From Eledone cirrhosa (taxonomy: Eukaryota), in assembly GCA_964016885.1 (NCBI GenBank), contig OZ024740.1, positions 130,820,001 to 130,884,000 on the forward strand: a stretch of 64,000 bases of DNA. Reading direction: 5' to 3'. Under the pieces are notes generated by a model, which saw only the letters and a list, made by a program, of their open reading frames with translations, had not been told where the DNA came from and ran no database searches. The position numbers were made by a program, and so were the translations under genes. Shown here in pieces: positions 56,012-64,000 of this stretch. The stretch's first letter is position 1. Each line of letters starts with the position of its first letter.

Positions 56012-56195
56012 CTCTTTGTTTCTAATTTAGGCACAATGCCAGCAATTACTCAGTACATTACTGGTACTTTATTTGATCGACTCCGTAAGGATGAAAGGAT
56101 AGGTTAACCTCGGTGGGATTTGAACTCAGACTGTAAAGGGACAAACTATAATAGAAAGCATGGCGTCCAACCCTCTACCGATACTGCCAATTCAC
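56012..56195 (-). mobile_element. tRNA-type SINE
   Basis: Reverse complement of the 31516 family, including A- and B-box-like motifs. Confidence 0.8.
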
Positions 56196-56303
56196 CTTTC
56201 AATAATATTATATTTTCAATAATGTCACTTTGACGAATAAAACACGAAAAACAGACCTTTAAATATAATTTCCGTGGTCTTTTCAAAGCACCCTTTTCTC
56301 TTT

Positions 56304-56400
<97 letters not shown>

Positions 56401-56737
56401 TAAACGGAATAGAAAATGCTGACAAATTGTTCACAGTTGAAAAATGGTTTAATTAGGAATAAAAGAGTATTAGTGATTGTATGGGTTAGTATTCAGTTGT
56501 GGTTTAAAGTTTTTAAGTTTTTACCGGTTGCGCATTTCTAAATGCTTTTCAAAAATAATTTTGAGATAGTGTGTCCGTGCTGTTTGCTCTGATCTGATTA
56601 GTTTTGGGAATTTTACCTGTTTTTATGTTAAAAAAATGGCTCCAGCGTTATTTTTGTGTTGCAAAAATGCTTGTGGTCAAAACAATTTTGATTGGTCGGT
56701 AGAGGTCATGTGAATGTAAAAAGTTGATTTTGCGCCA

Positions 56738-58684
56738 AACCTCAACAAGAAAGAATGGGAAGAATTAAATAGATTAAAAACCGACAGAACCATTACAATT
56801 AAAGAGGCTGATAAAGGGAGTACAGTAGTCCTAATGGAGACAGAATTCTATATCAACTTAGCGCTCTCCACTTTGGAAAACGAAACATACTACGAAAAGG
56901 CTGAACACTACAATCAACAGAAAATTATGAGATACCTAAAAACTCTAATCAACCAATACAAAGAAGGACTCACTAACAAGGAATTCAGCTTCATCACAGA
57001 CTTCACAAGTAAATCCAGCCTTTTCTACGGTATCCCTAAAGTACATAAAAGCGAATCAATCAGTAAGGCATGCAAGGAAGCCACAGACATAGTCATCAAT
57101 GTCCCCTCACCCAATGATCTCAAATTAAGACCTATAATAGCAGGCCCCGCTTGCGAAACGCACCGTCTTAGCAACTTCGTTGATACCCTTCTCAAACCCT
57201 TCCTCAAGCACATCAAAAGCTATATAAGGGACGACCTAGATATGCTCAATCACCTCCCTAATATGCCACTTTCTGAACAAACCCTACTAGTGACGTTCGA
57301 TGTAGTCAACCTATACTCCAACATCCCCCACAACCTAGGAATAGAAGCTATCCAATTCTGGCTGGATAACTTCCACAATGAACTCCCACAACGCATCAAA
57401 AAAGAATTCGTGATAGAGGGACTCAAATTTATCTTGGAGAACAATTACTTCGTTTTCAATAACAAACCCTACAGGCAGAAATCTGGGACCGCTATGGGAA
57501 CGAAAACAGCCCCTACGTATGCCAACCTAGTCATGGGATACCTGGAAATCACCCTCTGAACTAAAGTCCTAAACAAATTTGGAAACACCCTCCACTTACA
57601 CATTGAAAGGAACTGGAAGCGATATCTTGATGACTGCTTCATCCTTTGGCACGAAAACATCGAAAAACTTAAAGAATTTCACACCCTTATAAATGGGCTC
57701 AACACAAATATTAACTTCACGATGGAATACAGCCATCAACAACTCCCCTTCCTCGACATCCTCATTAAGATCCATAACAAAAAAATAGAAACAGACATAT
57801 ACTACAAGCCCACAGACTCCAAGCAATACCTCCCCTTCAACTCTTGCCACCCTAGACACGTTAAAATTAATATTCCCTACAACTTAGCCAAGAGAATCTG
57901 TACTATAGTCTCCAATAAAAACATCTGCTACTTACGGCTACAAGAACTAAAGGACACACTCATAGGCAGGGACTACCCTGCATCACTAATTGACAATGGA
58001 ATCCAACGTGCCCTAAAACTCAGTACCCAGGACCTTAGACACCCTAAAGTAAATCAACCAAAACTAAAAGCTCTTCCATACATCTCCACACACAACCCCC
58101 TCAACAACGAGGCCTTTGACACCATCCTCCAGAACATCCCTGTATTGAAAAAGGACCATAGAATGAACCAAATTCTACGAACACACGATATCATAAAGAG
58201 CAAAAGACAATCCAAGTCAATGAAAAACATCTTAACACATGCCAAAGTACTGCCAACCACAACAACTAAACCCACAGTAAAAAAATGCGATAGACCCAAC
58301 TGTGGCATTTGCATCAACCTAATAGAGGGTTCGGAATTCTATTTCAAAGATGGACAACGTTTTATAGTAAAACACAATTTCACATGTGCATCGGAAAATT
58401 TAATATATGTATTAACTTGTTCAGGTTGTCGAGAACAATACATAGGCCAGACCAAAAACAGCCTCCGCCAACGCATGACTGTCCATAGATCCCAAATTAA
58501 AATACGGGAATATAGGAAAATACCACTGAGTGAACACATTGATACCTGCGCCGCCCAAAATCATCCCAACTTCAGAATCTTTCCCCTCTACAAATTTAAA
58601 GATAATGCCACCCACACCCAGCGCATCAGCAAGGAATCTTACTTCATTAACAAATACGGACCCCGTCTAAACACTTCTCCCTAA
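56738..58684 (+). pseudogene. PLE reverse transcriptase plus GIY-YIG endonuclease; 5'-truncated; one in-frame TGA at 57557-57559
   Basis: One frame: ADKG, YGIPKVHK, LRPII, FDVVNLYSNIP, GTAMG, RYLDD, FLDI, CDRPNCGIC, LIY..C..C..QYIGQT, R..H, E, LN. Confidence 0.92.
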
Positions 58685-58826
58685 GACGAACCCACAACAT
58701 ACACACGTCAACATACATACCTACATCAGCACACATCTCTACCCACATATAAACACAATGACACACGTAAACACACATGCTCTATGGTGCAATACAAAAA
58801 AATATATGTGCATATATATGTATGTA

Positions 58827-58871
<45 letters not shown>

Positions 58872-58874
58872 AAA

Positions 58875-58925
<51 letters not shown>

Positions 58926-59319
58926 GTGAATATCATTTCACACCTTTTATTGTTAAGATTGTTGATGTTCTATTAAGAGAACCGATTTTACTGAAAAAAT
59001 CGAATAATGTACACCATTTTACCAGGGGGGAAAAAAATACTGGTCCACCCACACACGCACACACACACACACACACATATATACACAAACACATACACAC
59101 GCGTACATCAACATACAAAGAGACTTATACACACACACACACACACACGCACTTCTCCGTATAAGACAAAAGCTGAAAAATATCTTTTGACCTTCGAATG
59201 ACTCTGCTGTGTGTATGTACGCACACACACACACACACACACACACACTTATCTTAATAGCCATTTGACACACATCGCTGGTGGCTATTGTCGCAGCATC
59301 GAACACCTTACTACTACTA

Positions 59320-59355
<36 letters not shown>

Positions 59356-59676
59356 TTGTTGTGAAAGAGTCATTTCTCAATCTTGGCGCAAAACCAATTT
59401 TTTATCCACATGACCTCTACCGACCAATCAAAATTGTTTTGACCATAATTTTTGCTGGAGCCACTTTTCTAACATTTTAACATAAAAACAGTCTTGGCGC
59501 AAAATCAACTTTTTACATTCACATGACCTCTACCGACCAATCAAAATTGTTTTGACCACAAGCATTTTTGCAACACAAAAATAACGCTGGAGCCATTTTT
59601 TTAACATAAAAACAGGTAAAATCCCCAAAACTAATCAGATCAGAGCAAACAGCACGGACACTCTATCTCAAAATTA

Positions 59677-59714
59677 TTTTTGAAAAGCATTTAGAAATGC
59701 GCAACCGGTGAAAA
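59677..59714 (+). ncRNA. Non-canonical hammerhead-like motif in the pLTR (also 56519-56555 -, 43813-43848 -, 46330-46365 +)
   Basis: ttt-TTGAAAA-gcattt-ag-aaatgc-GCAA-ccgg-t(a/g)-aaa. Confidence 0.5.
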
Positions 59715-59870
59715 CTTAAAAACTTTAAACCACAACTGAATACTAACCCATACAATCACTAATACTCTTTTATTCCTAATTAAACCATTTTTCAACTGTG
59801 AACAATTTGTCAGCATTTTCTATTCCGTTTACCAATATATAATAACTTGTGTGTTACACCTCTATTCTTT

Positions 59871-61871
<2,001 letters not shown>

Positions 61872-62144
61872 AGGAAAAGCGAAGTAGATTCAGATGTTCA
61901 AGTCCTTTAATAATAATGCTGGTAGAGGGAATTTCCAGGGGTAGCTCATGGTTGATTCCTCTCTTCTCCACCATATCGGTTACATCATAGAGCGCTCAAC
62001 TAATTTGAGCTAAATTATTAGTGTAAACATTGATGCAATTCAATTCAAGCACACAAATTACTTTTCCACATAGGAGTGACGGATTAAATATCGAATAAGG
62101 AAAAGCGAAGTAGTTTCAGATGTTCAAGTTCTTTAATAATAATG

Positions 62145-62216
62145 CTGTGATATATATTTCAATGACGACACTGGCCACACTGTTCTGTGTGCCAGTGTTG
62201 TGACATCATCAGACAG
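62145..62216 (-). ncRNA. Type I hammerhead ribozyme with extended stem II
   Basis: ctgt-CTGATGA-tg..acactggc..gccagtgt..ca-tt-GAAA-tatata-tc-acag; AUC triplet; palindromic stem III. Confidence 0.75.
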
Positions 62217-63466
62217 ATTGTTACATAATAAGGTTATGTTTCCGAGGCAATCCAAATTGAATCGACATGGGAACGGATGAAGTGTGTGCTTTTGGGTTCT
62301 TCATCCGTTCTCCTATGAGTATCAATTCACCCCCACTGGTCTGCGTAGGCGCATGTCCGAAGTAACTTGACCATTAGCTACCGCAGATTTCAACTAAATT
62401 GGCTTAGTCAGTTCACCCTCTCAGTCAAACAATGGCCCACCTAGGCCTGTACCATAGTTTACTGTTCCCCATCCCGACCGTGGCAGTCAGCCGAAAGCCA
62501 GAGGGGATGGGATAGTGTTAGTTTTTACAGGTCACAATACTACCTCTCACCAAGCGTGGACAAGGCGACTGACCATCAACTCATGAGAGAAAATAAACTT
62601 AATTCTAGGTATCATGGTTTTACATTGGAAGTTAAGAGTGAGAGTTGGAAATAAAAATTAAAATCCTAAATCAAATATCAGAAATTATGAATTAAACAAT
62701 TAAAAAATTAACAATTAGAAATAAAAAATTAAAAAAATTTTAGAAATAGGAAAATGTTTCAAGTGAGAATCCGGATTTAGGTGAGTAAAAAAATATAGAT
62801 TGAAGTGAGAAAATAATATGGAGAACGATGTTTAAGTAAGAAGTTTTGAGAGGGGTTCTAATGTCACAGTTACTCTATCCACATATTGAACGACGGCGCC
62901 GTACATTTGAACGGAGGTTAAACTACAGTATTCAAGGTGGTAGTCAATCTGGTACACAGTCATAATTTCCATCACATGGAACAAAACCAAATAAAAACAG
63001 ACATAAAGTACACAAAAGAAAAGAACCAATAATGAATAAATCCCAAAACACAGAGTACATATATGCAAAATGATCCTTATGTTTATCAATCTGTCAATGT
63101 ATAAATTGAATTGAGAGGGCTTCTGTTCAAATGCGATTTGGTGCAGGAAAATAGGGGTTTATCTTAGTTCTTGTTTCCGCGTATTTATCCTGCCGATTGT
63201 TACTATTATGTCTGTCCAGTGTCAGGGCTTTCTATACCCATGGTAGAGGGAATTTCCAGGGGTAGCTGATGGTTGGTTCCTCTCTTCTCCACCATATCGA
63301 TTACATCATAGAGCGCTCAACTAACTGGAGCTAAATTATTAGGGTAAATATTGATGCAATTCAATTCAAGCACTCAACGTAATTTTTCCACATAGGAGAG
63401 ACGGATTAAATATCGAATAAGGAAAAGCGAAGTAGTTTCAGATATTCAAGTTCTTTAATAATTATG

Positions 63467-63538
63467 CTGTGATATATATTTCAATGACGACACTGGCCAC
63501 ACTGTTCTGTGTGCCAGTGTTGTGACATCATCAGACAG
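63467..63538 (-). ncRNA. Second copy of the same hammerhead
   Basis: Identical to 62145-62216. Confidence 0.75.
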
Positions 63539-64000
63539 ATTGTTACATAATAAGGTTATGTTTCCGAGGCAATCCAAATTGAATCGACATGGGAACGGAT
63601 GAAGTGTGTGCTTTTGGGTTCTTCATCCGTTCTCCTATGAGTATCAATTCACCCCCACTGGTCTGCGTAGGCGCATGTCCGAAGGAAGTTGACCATTAGC
63701 TACCGCAGATTTCAACTAAATTGGCTTAGTCAGTTCACCCTCTCAGTCAAACAATGGCCCACCTAGGCCTGTACCATAGTTTACTGTTCCCTATCCCGAC
63801 TGTGGCAGTCAGCTGAAAGCCAGAGGGGATGGGATAGTGTTAGTTTTTACAGGTCACAATACTACCTCTCACCAAGCGTGGACAAGGCGACTGACCATCA
63901 ACTCATGAGAGAAAATAAACTTAATTCTAGGTATCATGGTTTTACATTGGAAGTTAAGAGTGAGAGTTGGAAATAAAAATTAAAATCCTAAATCAAATAT

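Larger units (their letters stand above)
56397..59872 (+). mobile_element. Penelope-like element (Neptune-type: Cys linker, C-terminal GIY-YIG) with inverted 5' pLTR 56397-56738 and 3' pLTR 59492-59840
   Basis: About 340-bp inverted terminal copies, partial tandem at 59380-59490, short 3' tail, flanked by (TA)n. Confidence 0.92.

Noticed and set aside
58685-59872. SECIS element for the in-frame TGA
   Set aside because: The AUGA..AA..GA candidates I inspected lack a paired helix; not supported by eye.
62832-63089. 85-aa hydrophobic ORF within the 1.32-kb repeat unit
   Set aside because: Non-ATG start, T-rich composition, no recognisable family; only one copy is visible, so conservation cannot be tested.

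Overview
AT-rich, microsatellite-saturated animal genomic DNA; the tRNA-type SINE resembles one I associate with octopod cephalopods (inference). No intact host gene is visible and most listed ORFs are microsatellite artefacts. The window is mostly transposon-derived: three 5'-truncated R4/Dong-like RLE retroposons stacked in a (TTA)n tract, two head-to-tail decayed RepHel Helitrons plus a non-autonomous Helitron, a decayed L1/Tx1 LINE, a 5'-inverted RTE fragment, four SINEs, a probable GPCR pseudogene, and one near-intact Penelope-like element (PLE) ORF with a single in-frame TGA. The main hidden signal is about 20 type I hammerhead ribozyme (HHR) motifs, read by eye, from about a dozen unrelated families. 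They lie in PLE-derived fold-back or tandem (retrozyme-like) elements next to (TA)n tracts. They include U3:A8 covariant cores, an A13C variant, palindromic stem III, long stem II insertions, and one junction within about 1 nt of a predicted self-cleavage site. All calls are manual; coordinates are approximate to a few nt and no activity was tested.
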